Positions 17,116 through 27,186 of a stretch of 64,000 nt of DNA are shown here, piece after piece. The translations under genes were made by a program, and so were the position numbers. How positions within the stretch are numbered: position 1 is the first letter of the stretch; each line of letters opens with the position of its first letter. The stretch comes from an uncultured Lachnospiraceae bacterium (lineage in GTDB: Bacteria; Bacillota; Clostridia; Lachnospirales; Lachnospiraceae): the NCBI GenBank assembly GCA_910577045.1, contig CAJTLB010000009.1, positions 19,561 through 83,560 of the forward strand, read 5' to 3'. The notes beneath the pieces are model-generated. The model was not told the DNA's origin. It saw only the letters and a list, made by a program, of their open reading frames with translations, and ran no database searches.

Positions 17116-18886
17116 ACATTACAGCATATACCCCTTGTTTCTCTAAAAGCTCCCTGTGTGTCCCTTGTTCTGCCACACAGCCATTTTTTAATACGTAAAT
17201 ATGGTCAGCAAGTTTTATAGAACCCAGCCTATGGCTAATAAAAATCGTAGCACGCCCTCTGCTAATTTCCCCAAACTTTTCATACAGCTCACTTTCACTA
17301 ATGGGATCTAACGCTGCCGTAGGCTCGTCTAATAAAAGTATGGGCGCGTCATTCATAAGAGCCCTTCCCATCACAAGCCGCTGCCACTGCCCTCCTGAAA
17401 GATCCACGCTATCTTTATCTAATTTCCCTAACCGGGTCTTATAACCATACTTTAAAGCAGCTATTTCCTTATGTATCCCCAGCTTCTTTAAAATTTCCTG
17501 CATATCCTCCTTTTTATTGGCTCCCTCCATATTCCTGCTTCCTATCCCAATATTTTCTTCTACTGACAAATAATAACGGGCAAAATCTTGGAACGTACAA
17601 GAAAAAATTTGGAACCAATCCTGTTCTTTAAAACTCCTCATCTCCATTCCATTATATAAAATTTCTCCCTCATAATCCCTGTAAAGCCCTGTTAAAAGTT
17701 TAATTAATGTAGATTTACCTGCTCCATTCTCCCCTACAACCGCATAATGGGCTCCCTTTTTTAACACCATAGAAAATCCCTTTAGAATATCCACATCCGA
17801 TCCGGGATAATGGAAAGTAACATTCCGAAATTCTAACTGCTCAAATTCTGGAACCTTTTGGGCAATATCCCCAGAAGTTTCCTTCCTTTCTGGCAGGGCT
17901 GCAAATTTTGTTAAATCCCTCATATATTCCTTGAACTTTGCAATTTGGGATACTGCCCTTGTCATCTCCCAGCCCATTAAATTTACTAAATCATAAATAG
18001 CAGTAGATAAGGAAACAAATAACCCAAGGCTTAAAGCCCCTGAAACAGCAAGCGGCACCATAATCAAACAAATAATAGAAGCCAAGATGCTAGTTACCAT
18101 ACTTCCGCCCTGCATATTAGCAGCAAATATAGCAGTCGCTTTAATATTTATTTTTCTGGCAGTTTCATATTGGTTATGCCACTGTTCATTTACTTTTTTT
18201 GTATATCCAAACAAGCTTCTTTCTTCTACTGTTTCACGCCCAGTCAATACATCAAATAAATACTTATGGCGCCTTTCATAAATAGCGGCCTCTTTATTTG
18301 CATGGTATATCTTCTGCCCGCCGCGCATAGAAATAAAAATTAATGGAATTGTCATTACCATAACTACAATAGCAAGCCACCATACATGTAAAGCAATAAT
18401 AAACAAGACGCCCACAATTCTTGGAATATAAACGACAAAAAAATTTAAAAACCGCTGGAGCATTTCATTCAAATTATTCTCTACGTTATTCAATACACGG
18501 TTCGTTAATTCTTCTGTTTCTGGATCTTCTAAAAGATAATAGGAAAGACGGTCTCGTTTTTCTGTACACTCACAAAGTACCTGTTTATTCCCGCGGATCA
18601 CAAAATGTTTTGTAAAGATTCTCCCAATATTATAAGATATTCTTTTCCAGCTAACAATTAATAACATTAATACAAACCAGACAATTACTTCTTTATTAAA
18701 CGACTGGTTTACTACTGCCTGTACCATTTTATCTAAAAATTCTGCTACAACAACTACCTGAAAAACATTTACTAAAGCAGTTATTGCCTTTTGTATTGTT
18801 ACGGCTATTGTACTAACAGGATCACAGGAAAATGGTATTTTATACATATCTAACCATGTATATTTCCTTTCTTTTAAAACAAACAT
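17048..18886 (-). CDS. ABC exporter, fused permease/ATPase (partner half-transporter)
   Basis: 612 aa with Walker A GENGAGKST, signature LSGGQWQR and Walker B ILLLDEPTAALD. The adjacent paralogue suggests a heterodimeric exporter. Confidence 0.85.
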   Translation of the reverse strand: MFVLKERKYTWLDMYKIPFSCDPVSTIAVTIQKAITALVNVFQVVVVAEFLDKMVQAVVNQSFNKEVIVWFVLMLLIVSWKRISYNIGRIFTKHFVIRGNKQVLCECTEKRDRLSYYLLEDPETEELTNRVLNNVENNLNEMLQRFLNFFVVYIPRIVGVLFIIALHVWWLAIVVMVMTIPLIFISMRGGQKIYHANKEAAIYERRHKYLFDVLTGRETVEERSLFGYTKKVNEQWHNQYETARKINIKATAIFAANMQGGSMVTSILASIICLIMVPLAVSGALSLGLFVSLSTAIYDLVNLMGWEMTRAVSQIAKFKEYMRDLTKFAALPERKETSGDIAQKVPEFEQLEFRNVTFHYPGSDVDILKGFSMVLKKGAHYAVVGENGAGKSTLIKLLTGLYRDYEGEILYNGMEMRSFKEQDWFQIFSCTFQDFARYYLSVEENIGIGSRNMEGANKKEDMQEILKKLGIHKEIAALKYGYKTRLGKLDKDSVDLSGGQWQRLVMGRALMNDAPILLLDEPTAALDPISESELYEKFGEISRGRATIFISHRLGSIKLADHIYVLKNGCVAEQGTHRELLEKQGVYAVMYETQQSWYTKEGEGETGGKESN

Positions 18887-18906
18887 AAAAAGATCCCCCT
18901 TTTTAT

Positions 18907-19671
18907 TTACTTAGAAATTAACACCCCAAGGCTTCCTTCCGCATGCCCAAAGCCAAAAGAACCTTCTATAAATTCAATACAAATTTGTTCCTCCCAATAA
19001 TACCAATTTATCCTATTATTATTTAGTGCATCTAGGATTTCCTGTTCCATCTGTATATTGCTAAAATCAATTTCTGGGTAATTTTCATAAAGCTGGTTTT
19101 CAATAGTTCCTGCTAATTCTTTGTCTATCGTTACTATATCAGATAATTGTATAGCCTCCCCTGTTTCTGCATTTAAATTATATGTATGGGTATAATTATT
19201 TGGATGAGGCCCGCCTTCTTCTACAGTACTTGAAATTACGATACAGACAACTTCCCTATCACACCTAGTAACCGTTGCTTCTGTAACTTGCCCAAACTGA
19301 TAAGTGGCATCTATTGCTTGATAATCCTTAGCAAATGCTTCTGTACTATCCAAAAAATTTGTACTTTGTTCCTTCCATTCTTTATTAATATTCTCAATTG
19401 CTATTGATAACGCCTGATAATTATCCCCACTCACAGAAAAAGCAGGATACTCAGCATAAATAAGTTCCTGTCCTGAACTGTCTTTTCTTGTATCCCGGAT
19501 AATTTTATAAGAGATCTCTGGAACTAAACTATCATTTGTTGTTTGTTTTATTGTATTTTCTACATTTAAAGTTGTCTCATTCTTACCTATACTTTCCCCC
19601 TTACTACAGCCTGTAAAAATTATGCACAAAAAAAATAAGGCACTCCACAATTTTATAATTCTCTTTTTCAT
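18907..19671 (-). CDS. Lipoprotein with DUF4163/DUF3298-like domains
   Basis: 254 aa. Signal peptide with lipobox IIFTG-C. The GGPHPNNYTHTYNLNAETGE segment resembles DUF3298. Confidence 0.7.
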   Translation of the reverse strand: MKKRIIKLWSALFFLCIIFTGCSKGESIGKNETTLNVENTIKQTTNDSLVPEISYKIIRDTRKDSSGQELIYAEYPAFSVSGDNYQALSIAIENINKEWKEQSTNFLDSTEAFAKDYQAIDATYQFGQVTEATVTRCDREVVCIVISSTVEEGGPHPNNYTHTYNLNAETGEAIQLSDIVTIDKELAGTIENQLYENYPEIDFSNIQMEQEILDALNNNRINWYYWEEQICIEFIEGSFGFGHAEGSLGVLISK

Positions 19672-19792
19672 TTTACTCCTCCCCCAAACATAATTTCTTA
19701 ATCATAAAGTCTATCATAAAATAAAAGAATATACAAGAAAAAACGGTATAGTCCCCTACACCGTTTTTTCTGCTTCTCTTATATAAATTTAT

Positions 19793-22099
19793 TTATGGCA
19801 TCCATGCTCCATTTGCATCCACTCTATAGCCATCTGGTGTGATGGTATCCATATAACATGCCCCATCTGCCCCCAGATAATACCATTTTCCGTCTGCTGT
19901 CTGAACCCAGCCAACTTTCATGGAACCATTTCCATTTAAGAAATACCATTTTCCATTTGTATCCTGCAGCCAGCCAGTTTTCATATCTCCATTTATATTA
20001 TCTAAATAATACCACGTGCTGCCTATATTTTGCCAGCCAGTAGCCATCTCACAGTTATCCTTTAAAAAATACCATGTCCCATTTGGGTCCTGGTACCAAC
20101 CTGTAAGTAATACACTATCTGCCCCTGCATAATACCAAAGGTTCCCCTTCATTACCCATTCTGATTTTGCATAAGCCCCATCTGCCTTTACAAAACGCCT
20201 AATACCATTATAACTATATACTCCTGTGCCCCTAGTAGAAACCGCTACACTTGAAGAACTGCTGTCATCAGAATCATCACTGCTGCTGTTGTTATTATTG
20301 CCTGGCTTATCATTATTTCCTGGTTTATTATCCTCGCCTGGTTTGTCGCCTTCCTCCGGCTTATTGTCTGGGCTGTCACTATTATCAGAATCACCATTAT
20401 ATTGTACTAAATTTGCAAATACAAACGTACTAAAACTTGTTACAGAAAAAGTAATCGTCCCATCTGCATTTTTGGCTGGATAGATTGGTTCATAAGTCCC
20501 ATCTGCATGATAATGGAGGATTACTAATTTATTCAACAGTACTCCTTCTGGCGGAAGCATTGTAATTGTTACAGGGCATGTTAATTTACCAGAAACCGCT
20601 GTCCCATTCTTTTCCAATTCAATACTTACCTGTACAATATTTTCATATAATTTCTCATTAACTTCTTTTTCTTCTCCTGCTTCCAGTTTACCAAAATTCA
20701 CTCCTACTACTTTAGCAGCCGCTGAACCGCCAGTCACTGCTTCTGATGCAATTCCTGCCCCTACTATCTGGATACTGTCTTTATTAATTCCTTCATGTGT
20801 TACGGACGTTTCCTGCATGGTTATTCCATTTTTTTCAATATATTCTTTTTCCAAGCTGGCTATCTGTCCTAAAAGCTCTTTATCTGTCTGCATAGCGGAG
20901 GCTACGCTTTCTATCCCCGCTTCAGAAATCACTGTTGTAATATTGTCTGTTGTTGCATCTTGGAACGCTTCCTTTACTTCCCCTACAATATCACTTACTT
21001 CAAAACCGCCAGCACTTACTTCGGAATCTGGCAAAGAATTCGCAACTACCTCAATATTTCCAGAAAGTGCCCTTACTGTACTATCAAACGTTACTCCCTC
21101 TCCTTCTTCTGTCATAGCCTTACGGATTGTTTTCTCCCAATCTGTTGATGTTACAAGCCCTTCATCCTTATTATAAACTTCCCTTATATAATAATGATTC
21201 CTACCCTTTCCATCCATCACAATCAAGTTTATCTCATAACCGCCTGCCCCCGCAACTGGCTCCCAATTAATAATTGTCGGCAATGTTTCTCCTTCTTTTG
21301 CAGTCCACCATACTTTTGTTGTGTTACCAACCCTTTCTTCTGGTTCAGTATAAACATATGGCTCTGACACAACACTTTCACTATCTCCGCATGTCTTATC
21401 ACCTACTGAAATAATCTCTACTGTGTATGTCCCACTCTTATTAATATGGCTTGCATAATTAAGCTTTCCTTTATTATTGTAGGTTGCTGTACTAATTTTT
21501 ACTTTACCATCACAAAGTAAAGCAATGTCATATCTCCCGTCTGCCTCTTCTACAGTGGTAAACATAATTTTACCTGGCTCCTCGCTTCCACTCCATTTTA
21601 CATCTGACACAGCAGGAATAGCAGGAAGTACCTTAGCAGAACATGTATATGTATATTTTTCATCCTTAAAATAACTGTCCCATGTTTCCCTTATAATAGA
21701 TAGATAACCATTTTCTCCAAGATTAGTATATTTAAAATACTCGTTATTTTTGCTAATCTCTACTGTATCCGTATCTGTTGTTATCCAAAGCATTTTTCCA
21801 CTATAAGCACTGCGGAGCCCATACCGGAACTCTATTGTGCCAACTTTACTATTACTACTATTATAAATAGTAATTGTATACAATTTAGCTTGTTCCTCAG
21901 CTTTCTCCAAGCTTATCCTTACTTCACCAGAATCTATCTGCACTTCTTTTTTCTCTTCCACTTCTCCCGGGCGTACTATACTGCCATCCTCTGTTTCAGT
22001 TGAACCTGTTGCCATTACTGCAAAATTTGACATACAAAATAATACCATTACTGCTGTCATTATACTAAAATGACCCCATATACGTTTTAAAAATCTCAT
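19793..22099 (-). CDS. Secreted surface protein with C-terminal cell-wall-binding (CW_binding_1 / choline-binding-like) repeats
   Basis: 768 aa with an N-terminal signal peptide and a low-complexity D/S/N/P/G linker (DSDNSDSPDNKPEEGDKPGEDNKPGNNDKPGNNNNSSSDDSDDSSSSS). About six GW..D.NG.WYYL repeats follow at the C-terminus. Confidence 0.8.
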   Translation of the reverse strand: MRFLKRIWGHFSIMTAVMVLFCMSNFAVMATGSTETEDGSIVRPGEVEEKKEVQIDSGEVRISLEKAEEQAKLYTITIYNSSNSKVGTIEFRYGLRSAYSGKMLWITTDTDTVEISKNNEYFKYTNLGENGYLSIIRETWDSYFKDEKYTYTCSAKVLPAIPAVSDVKWSGSEEPGKIMFTTVEEADGRYDIALLCDGKVKISTATYNNKGKLNYASHINKSGTYTVEIISVGDKTCGDSESVVSEPYVYTEPEERVGNTTKVWWTAKEGETLPTIINWEPVAGAGGYEINLIVMDGKGRNHYYIREVYNKDEGLVTSTDWEKTIRKAMTEEGEGVTFDSTVRALSGNIEVVANSLPDSEVSAGGFEVSDIVGEVKEAFQDATTDNITTVISEAGIESVASAMQTDKELLGQIASLEKEYIEKNGITMQETSVTHEGINKDSIQIVGAGIASEAVTGGSAAAKVVGVNFGKLEAGEEKEVNEKLYENIVQVSIELEKNGTAVSGKLTCPVTITMLPPEGVLLNKLVILHYHADGTYEPIYPAKNADGTITFSVTSFSTFVFANLVQYNGDSDNSDSPDNKPEEGDKPGEDNKPGNNDKPGNNNNSSSDDSDDSSSSSVAVSTRGTGVYSYNGIRRFVKADGAYAKSEWVMKGNLWYYAGADSVLLTGWYQDPNGTWYFLKDNCEMATGWQNIGSTWYYLDNINGDMKTGWLQDTNGKWYFLNGNGSMKVGWVQTADGKWYYLGADGACYMDTITPDGYRVDANGAWMP

Positions 22100-22149
22100 A
22101 ATTGCTCTCCCTTCTTAAAATTATGATATTATTATAGTATAAAAATCTC

Positions 22150-22322
22150 CTTTTTGTATAAATTCGGCACAGTTCGCACTTTTTAGGGTATGGTTTGCAG
22201 AGATACAGTCTTTGCAGTCTGAATATGACAGTATCAGTAAGGAGCAGACCAAGACCGCCACCGAATTAGCGTATGCGGAGGTAATCGGCTACAACAGGAA
22301 GAACCTTGCGAGGGAGCTTTAG
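22150..22322 (+). pseudogene. Start-less coding remnant (about 55 codons ending in TAG), GC-richer than its surroundings; probably the 3' end of a mobile-element gene
   Basis: The open frame reads ...AEIQSLQSEYDSISKEQTKTATELAYAEVIGYNRKNLAREL*. It has no start codon or RBS, and its composition differs from flanking DNA. Confidence 0.35.
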
Positions 22323-22483
22323 AACGAGAGCCGACAGTATAAAACAGCAAATCAAAACAAAGCGGATGGAGGAAATTTAATGTGAATTTTATTGTAAAGG
22401 CAAGTGTTTTTTTGTATAATAGAGATACGATAGGAGCAAGCTGTATTGTATCTTCTGCTGAATTGCAATAGCGAGGTGGTAAA

Positions 22484-23338
22484 ATGGCACAAAACACGCC
22501 AAAGCGTAAAATAAAAGACAGCGTGTTCACAAATTTATTTCAAGACAAAAAGTATCTGCTCCGACTGTATAAGGTGCTTCACCCAGAGGACAATAATGTA
22601 ACAGAAGAAGATATAAAAGATGTTACTATCAAGCACATACTGGTAGACGCAGACTATAACGACCTTGGATTTTCAGTTGGTGGCAGACTTATCATTTTAG
22701 TTGAAAATCAGTCAACATGGTCATTGAATATTATAATACGTGCGCTGATGTATCTTATACAAACATATCACGATTTTTTCAAGCGTACCAAGCAAAATCT
22801 GTATGGTTCTAAAAAAGTGAATATGCCAAAACCTGAACTATATGTGATATTTACGGGTGAAAAACCGAAAAATCCGCTCGACATTATATCGCTTTCAAAA
22901 GACTTTTTTGATGGTGAAAAGATAGCGGTAGATGCAGAAGTCAAGGTACTTTATCAAGAGGACGAAAGCAACATAATCGGGCAGTATATTATTTTCTGTA
23001 AAGTATATAATGAGCAGAGAAAGAAATATGGGCAGACAAAGAAAGCGGTAACGGAAACAATCCGTATCTGTAAAAACCGAAACGTGTTAAAAGAATATCT
23101 TGAAAGTAAAGAACAGGAGGTTGTAGACATTATGATGACATTATTTGATGATGAGCAGGTTTTGGAAGCATATGCAAAGGATATTGATGATAACGCTACA
23201 CATAGGGAAGCAAGAGAAACAGCGAAACGAATGATAAAAAAGGGTAAAATGACACTGGAAGAAATTGCAGATTATGTTCCTTCATTGCCATTTGAAGAAT
23301 TAAGAGAACTTGAAACAGAGGTTATGCAGTTGGTATAA
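22484..23338 (+). CDS. Rpn/YhgA-like PD-(D/E)xK recombination-promoting nuclease / putative transposase
   Basis: 284 aa. The N-terminal DSVFTNLF, the YNDLGF...LIILVENQSTWS (E-x-Q variant of the nuclease motif) and the C-terminal helical tail (REARETAKRMIKKGKMTLEEIADY) are as in Rpn-family proteins. Confidence 0.75.
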   Translation: MAQNTPKRKIKDSVFTNLFQDKKYLLRLYKVLHPEDNNVTEEDIKDVTIKHILVDADYNDLGFSVGGRLIILVENQSTWSLNIIIRALMYLIQTYHDFFKRTKQNLYGSKKVNMPKPELYVIFTGEKPKNPLDIISLSKDFFDGEKIAVDAEVKVLYQEDESNIIGQYIIFCKVYNEQRKKYGQTKKAVTETIRICKNRNVLKEYLESKEQEVVDIMMTLFDDEQVLEAYAKDIDDNATHREARETAKRMIKKGKMTLEEIADYVPSLPFEELRELETEVMQLV

Positions 23339-23375
23339 TTAGTGAAACAACTTAATATCAAAATAACAGCGTAAA

Positions 23376-23400
23376 GGCGCATGGAACCATGCGTCTTTTT
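23376..23400 (+). terminator. Intrinsic terminator after the Rpn-like gene
   Basis: GGCGCATGG-AA-CCATGCGTC hairpin followed by TTTTT. Confidence 0.6.
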
Positions 23401-23605
23401 GCACCTAAAAGGAGGAACATGAGTGACAATATTCAGACCAACACCACAGGGCCATTAATATCCTGTTTACAACAGAAGATTGATAAGACAAGGTATTTAG
23501 TCGAGGTAGTAATTTTTTCTATACTTGTGGCTACCTTAAGCCACCGTCTAAAGCCAGTGGAATTGCGGTAGCCTTATTTCAAACTGCAAAACAATTTCTT
23601 GCTAT

Positions 23606-25072
23606 TTATTTTTCCATTAGGTATTCTGATACTACCTCTTCCTCTGAAAAATAATGTTTTACTCCTTGGATTTCTTGGTAACTCTCATGCCCTTTCCCAA
23701 TCAATGCCACAATATCCCCTTTTCCACAGTGATCCATTAAATAGTGGATTGCTTCTTTTCGGTCTACAATCACTTTATAATTGCCATTGTAGACTTTCAT
23801 GCCTTCTATAATATCTTGGTTAATTTGCTCCACTGTCTCATATCTTGGGTTATCCATCGTTAAAATACTTAAGTTGGCATATTTCCCAGCAATCTCCCCC
23901 ATATCAAACCGCCTTTGTTTTGGCTTATTGCCGCCGCCGCCAAACAAACAGATTAAGCGTTTTGGCTGGTATGCTTTTAAGGTCTGCAAAAGACTTTCCA
24001 TACTTAAGGCATTATGTGCATAATCAATTAAAAATGTAGAAAAATTAACATCTTTTAGTACTTGAGTCCTTCCTTTTACTAATACTTTCTTTAAAGCCGC
24101 TTGGATAACTTCTATCCCCACTCCTAAAGAAGATGTAATTGCTATTGCTACTAACGCATTTTCCACATTAAACCTTCCTGGCATATGCAGCACAATAGGA
24201 AGCTTTTGTCCTTCCCCTTTTTTCTTTAACTGGAAAGATACGCCTAAAACTCCCGGTTCCCAAATATTTTGTATCTCTTCCCCCATAAAATCAGCTTCTG
24301 TGGAAGTAGATATAGTAATTAATTCCTCTTGTTCTCCTACAATTTCCTTCCAATGAAGCTCATCAATATTAGCAACTACCTGTTTACATTGTGAAAACAT
24401 CATCTTTTTGCAAGCTAGGTACTCTGCAAAATCTGCATGTTCTCCTTCTCCTATATGATCTGGTGAAATATTTAAAAATGCCCCATAATCAAAGCAGATC
24501 CCTTTTGTCCGCCCTTGTTTTAAACCTTGGGATGACACCTCCATTACTACATGGCTGCATCCCTCCTCTAGCATATGGGCAAACAAAGAATGTAATTCAT
24601 AAGACTCTGGCGTTGTATTTTTTAAAGTAATCTTTTCTTCGCCGACAAAAGCCCCCACTGTCCCTATCATTCCTACCTTTTTACCAGCTTCTTCTAATAT
24701 TTTCTTTATCATATGGGTAGTGGTAGTCTTGCCCTTTGTCCCTGTTAAGCCAATTACTGTCATCTGCCTTGCTGGATAATGAAACCATGTAGCAGAAATC
24801 CCTGCAAGGGCAATCCTGCTATCTTTCACTAAAACTACTGACAGATGATCCATAGGTATTTCTGGCATTTCTTCTGTTACAATCGCCTTTACCCCTGCCT
24901 GCACAGCTTGGGCAATATATTTATTTCCATCGGCCTGCTGCCCCCGGATGCAGACAAACAAAGCTCCTGGTACTGCTTTTCTAGAATCATATACCACCTC
25001 TGTAATCTCTGCCTGGTTATCCCCCAAAAAAGATAGCACCTCTATATCAGCCAGTAATTGTTTTAGTTTCAT
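23606..25072 (-). CDS. murE: UDP-N-acetylmuramoyl-L-alanyl-D-glutamate--2,6-diaminopimelate ligase
   Basis: Has the Mur ligase P-loop GLTGTKGKTTT and the DAP-specific DNPR motif (LTMDNPRYE). I trimmed the start to the ATG (MKLKQLL) 7 nt after SD AAGGGGAG; the track start at 25096 is a TTG. Confidence 0.95.
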   Translation of the reverse strand: MKLKQLLADIEVLSFLGDNQAEITEVVYDSRKAVPGALFVCIRGQQADGNKYIAQAVQAGVKAIVTEEMPEIPMDHLSVVLVKDSRIALAGISATWFHYPARQMTVIGLTGTKGKTTTTHMIKKILEEAGKKVGMIGTVGAFVGEEKITLKNTTPESYELHSLFAHMLEEGCSHVVMEVSSQGLKQGRTKGICFDYGAFLNISPDHIGEGEHADFAEYLACKKMMFSQCKQVVANIDELHWKEIVGEQEELITISTSTEADFMGEEIQNIWEPGVLGVSFQLKKKGEGQKLPIVLHMPGRFNVENALVAIAITSSLGVGIEVIQAALKKVLVKGRTQVLKDVNFSTFLIDYAHNALSMESLLQTLKAYQPKRLICLFGGGGNKPKQRRFDMGEIAGKYANLSILTMDNPRYETVEQINQDIIEGMKVYNGNYKVIVDRKEAIHYLMDHCGKGDIVALIGKGHESYQEIQGVKHYFSEEEVVSEYLMEK

Positions 25073-25913
25073 AACCATACTCCCCTTTATATACAATATG
25101 CGCTGGGCCTGTCATATACACTTCATCTTGTTTATCCCATTCTACAAAAAGTTCTCCTCCTGGCTGGGAACAAGTAACCTCTCTTTCACATTTCCCTAAT
25201 AAATTAGCAGCCACCACGGCTGAACAGCATCCTGTCCCACACCCTAACGTTTCTCCTGTCCCACGTTCCCATTCCCGGATTCGGATATGTCCCTTGTCCA
25301 AAACTTGGGCAAAAGTAACATTGGTACGCTTTGGGAAACATTCCATATATTCCACAAACTTCCCATATTTTTCTACGTCAAGGCTCCCCACATCTTCCAC
25401 AAATAATACGGTATGGGGATTTCCCCAAGAAAGAGAAGAAACTGTAAACTCCCGATCTAATATTGTTATCTTTTGGTTTAAAAAAGTTTCTTCATTGGTA
25501 TTTACTGGAATTTTTTTAGCACAAAACTCTGGCTTCCCTATACAGGCACGAATATTTACTACTTCCCCATTTTTCACCTCTAACCAGACTCTTTGTACCC
25601 CTCCCAATGTTTCCACTGTTAAAAACTCTTTTTCTACTAAATGATAAAAATAAACAAATTTTGATGAACTTCGTAAGGCATTTCCACACATTTCTGCTTC
25701 TGTGCCATCTGGATTAAATATCCGCATTTTAAAATCACAAGAATCAGATGGGCAAATCAATACTAACCCATCTGATCCTACGCCAAAATGGCGATCTGAT
25801 ATTTTTTTCGCTAATTCTCCTGGCTCTTTAATTTCCTGGTGGATTGCATCCATATAAATATAATCATTGCCATATGCTTGCATTTTTGTAAAAAATAATG
25901 GTTGTATTGCCAT
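25047..25913 (-). CDS. dapF: Diaminopimelate epimerase
   Basis: 288 aa with YGNDYIY and the two catalytic Cys motifs MCGNALRS and GCGTGCCS. Confidence 0.95.
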   Translation of the reverse strand: MAIQPLFFTKMQAYGNDYIYMDAIHQEIKEPGELAKKISDRHFGVGSDGLVLICPSDSCDFKMRIFNPDGTEAEMCGNALRSSSKFVYFYHLVEKEFLTVETLGGVQRVWLEVKNGEVVNIRACIGKPEFCAKKIPVNTNEETFLNQKITILDREFTVSSLSWGNPHTVLFVEDVGSLDVEKYGKFVEYMECFPKRTNVTFAQVLDKGHIRIREWERGTGETLGCGTGCCSAVVAANLLGKCEREVTCSQPGGELFVEWDKQDEVYMTGPAHIVYKGEYGYETKTITG

Positions 25914-25925
25914 AATGCTTCCCCC

Positions 25926-27056
25926 TTAGCCAAGTGCCTGTTTTAAATCAGCAATAATATCCCCTGCATCCTCAATCCCTATGGATATCCGCAAGAAACG
26001 CTCATTAATCCCAAGTGCCTCCCTTACAGCAGGAGGCGTAGATTCATGAGTTTGGGTTAAAGGGTAAGTAATTAATGTTTCTGCCCCTCCAAGGCTTTCA
26101 GCAAATAAAATCATCTGTACATCAGAAAGCACATGTTTTACCGTTTCTAGACTATCCACCTCAAAGGAAATCATGCCTCCTACCCCTGCATAATTTAATT
26201 TCTTTACCTTTGGATGGGTTTTTAACCATGCTGCTACTTTTTTTGCATTACTGTCATGCCGTTCCATACGAAGTGACAACGTCTTCAATCCACGTAATAA
26301 TAGCCAAGAATCCCATGGGGCCAGCCCATTCCCCCTAGATTTCATCTGTAGCCTAAAATGATCCGCCAATTCTTGCGTAGATACTACCACAATCCCAGCG
26401 ATTACATCATTGTGCCCACATAAATACTTTGTCCCACTATGCAGCACAATATCTGCCCCTAATGTAAGCGGCCTTTGGAAATAAGGTGTTAAAAATGTAT
26501 TATCTACTACTAACAGTACATGATGCTTTTTTGCAATCTTTGCAATAGCAGAAATATCTGCTACCTTCATCATTGGGTTCGTAGGGGTTTCTACAAATAA
26601 TAATTTTGTAGAAGGGCGGATTGCCTTCTCTAAATTCTCCAAATCAGACATATCCAGATACGTAAACTCACAATCTAGTTTACTAAAAATATCTGCACAA
26701 ATACGATACGTCCCGCCATATATATCATCTGAAAGAATTACATGATCCCCTTTTTCTAATAGCCCAAATACTGACATACTTGCTGCCTGCCCGCTGGAAT
26801 AAGCAAAGCCTTCTAACCCTTCCTCCAAAATCGCCATTGTCCGTTCTAATTCTTCTCTTGTAGGGTTCTGCAGCCTGGAATAATTATAGCCTGTCGATAT
26901 ATCAAAGCTACGATGGCGGAAAGTCGCTGTTTGGAAAACAGGGAAACTAACTGCCCCTGTAATAGGATCACACCCCAGCCCGCCATGCACTACCTTAGAA
27001 TCAAAATGTAGCTTTTCTTTTCTGTCATACTTATCATAATAGCAGTCATTTATCAT
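25926..27056 (-). CDS. PLP-dependent trans-sulfuration enzyme (cystathionine beta-lyase / gamma-synthase family)
   Basis: 376 aa. YSRLQNPTREELE and the PLP-lysine motif HSGTKYLCGHNDVIAG place it in the Cys/Met metabolism PLP family. Exact specificity cannot be determined from the sequence. Confidence 0.85.
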   Translation of the reverse strand: MINDCYYDKYDRKEKLHFDSKVVHGGLGCDPITGAVSFPVFQTATFRHRSFDISTGYNYSRLQNPTREELERTMAILEEGLEGFAYSSGQAASMSVFGLLEKGDHVILSDDIYGGTYRICADIFSKLDCEFTYLDMSDLENLEKAIRPSTKLLFVETPTNPMMKVADISAIAKIAKKHHVLLVVDNTFLTPYFQRPLTLGADIVLHSGTKYLCGHNDVIAGIVVVSTQELADHFRLQMKSRGNGLAPWDSWLLLRGLKTLSLRMERHDSNAKKVAAWLKTHPKVKKLNYAGVGGMISFEVDSLETVKHVLSDVQMILFAESLGGAETLITYPLTQTHESTPPAVREALGINERFLRISIGIEDAGDIIADLKQALG

Positions 27057-27186
27057 TCTTTTTCCTCCTATACAATTCCTCTATCTATCCATCTATTTCC
27101 TTGTCTTTCGCTTCTTCACTTCCATTGCTATTATAGAGTATGTTTCTTTAATATGCAACACTATTTCAATAAAAAGCAGCCAGTAC

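Noticed and set aside
22234-22530. A 98-aa minus-strand ORF upstream of the Rpn-like gene
   Set aside because: It is antisense to the GC-rich coding remnant and to the Rpn-like promoter and start region. It has no RBS and its sequence is not protein-like.
27057-27186. SAM (S-box), T-box or other leader upstream of the trans-sulfuration gene, and likewise upstream of cysK (31130-31260)
   Set aside because: The spacers are short and AT-rich and hold only promoter-like hexamers and the preceding gene's terminator. No conserved riboswitch cores or specifier/T-box motifs are visible.
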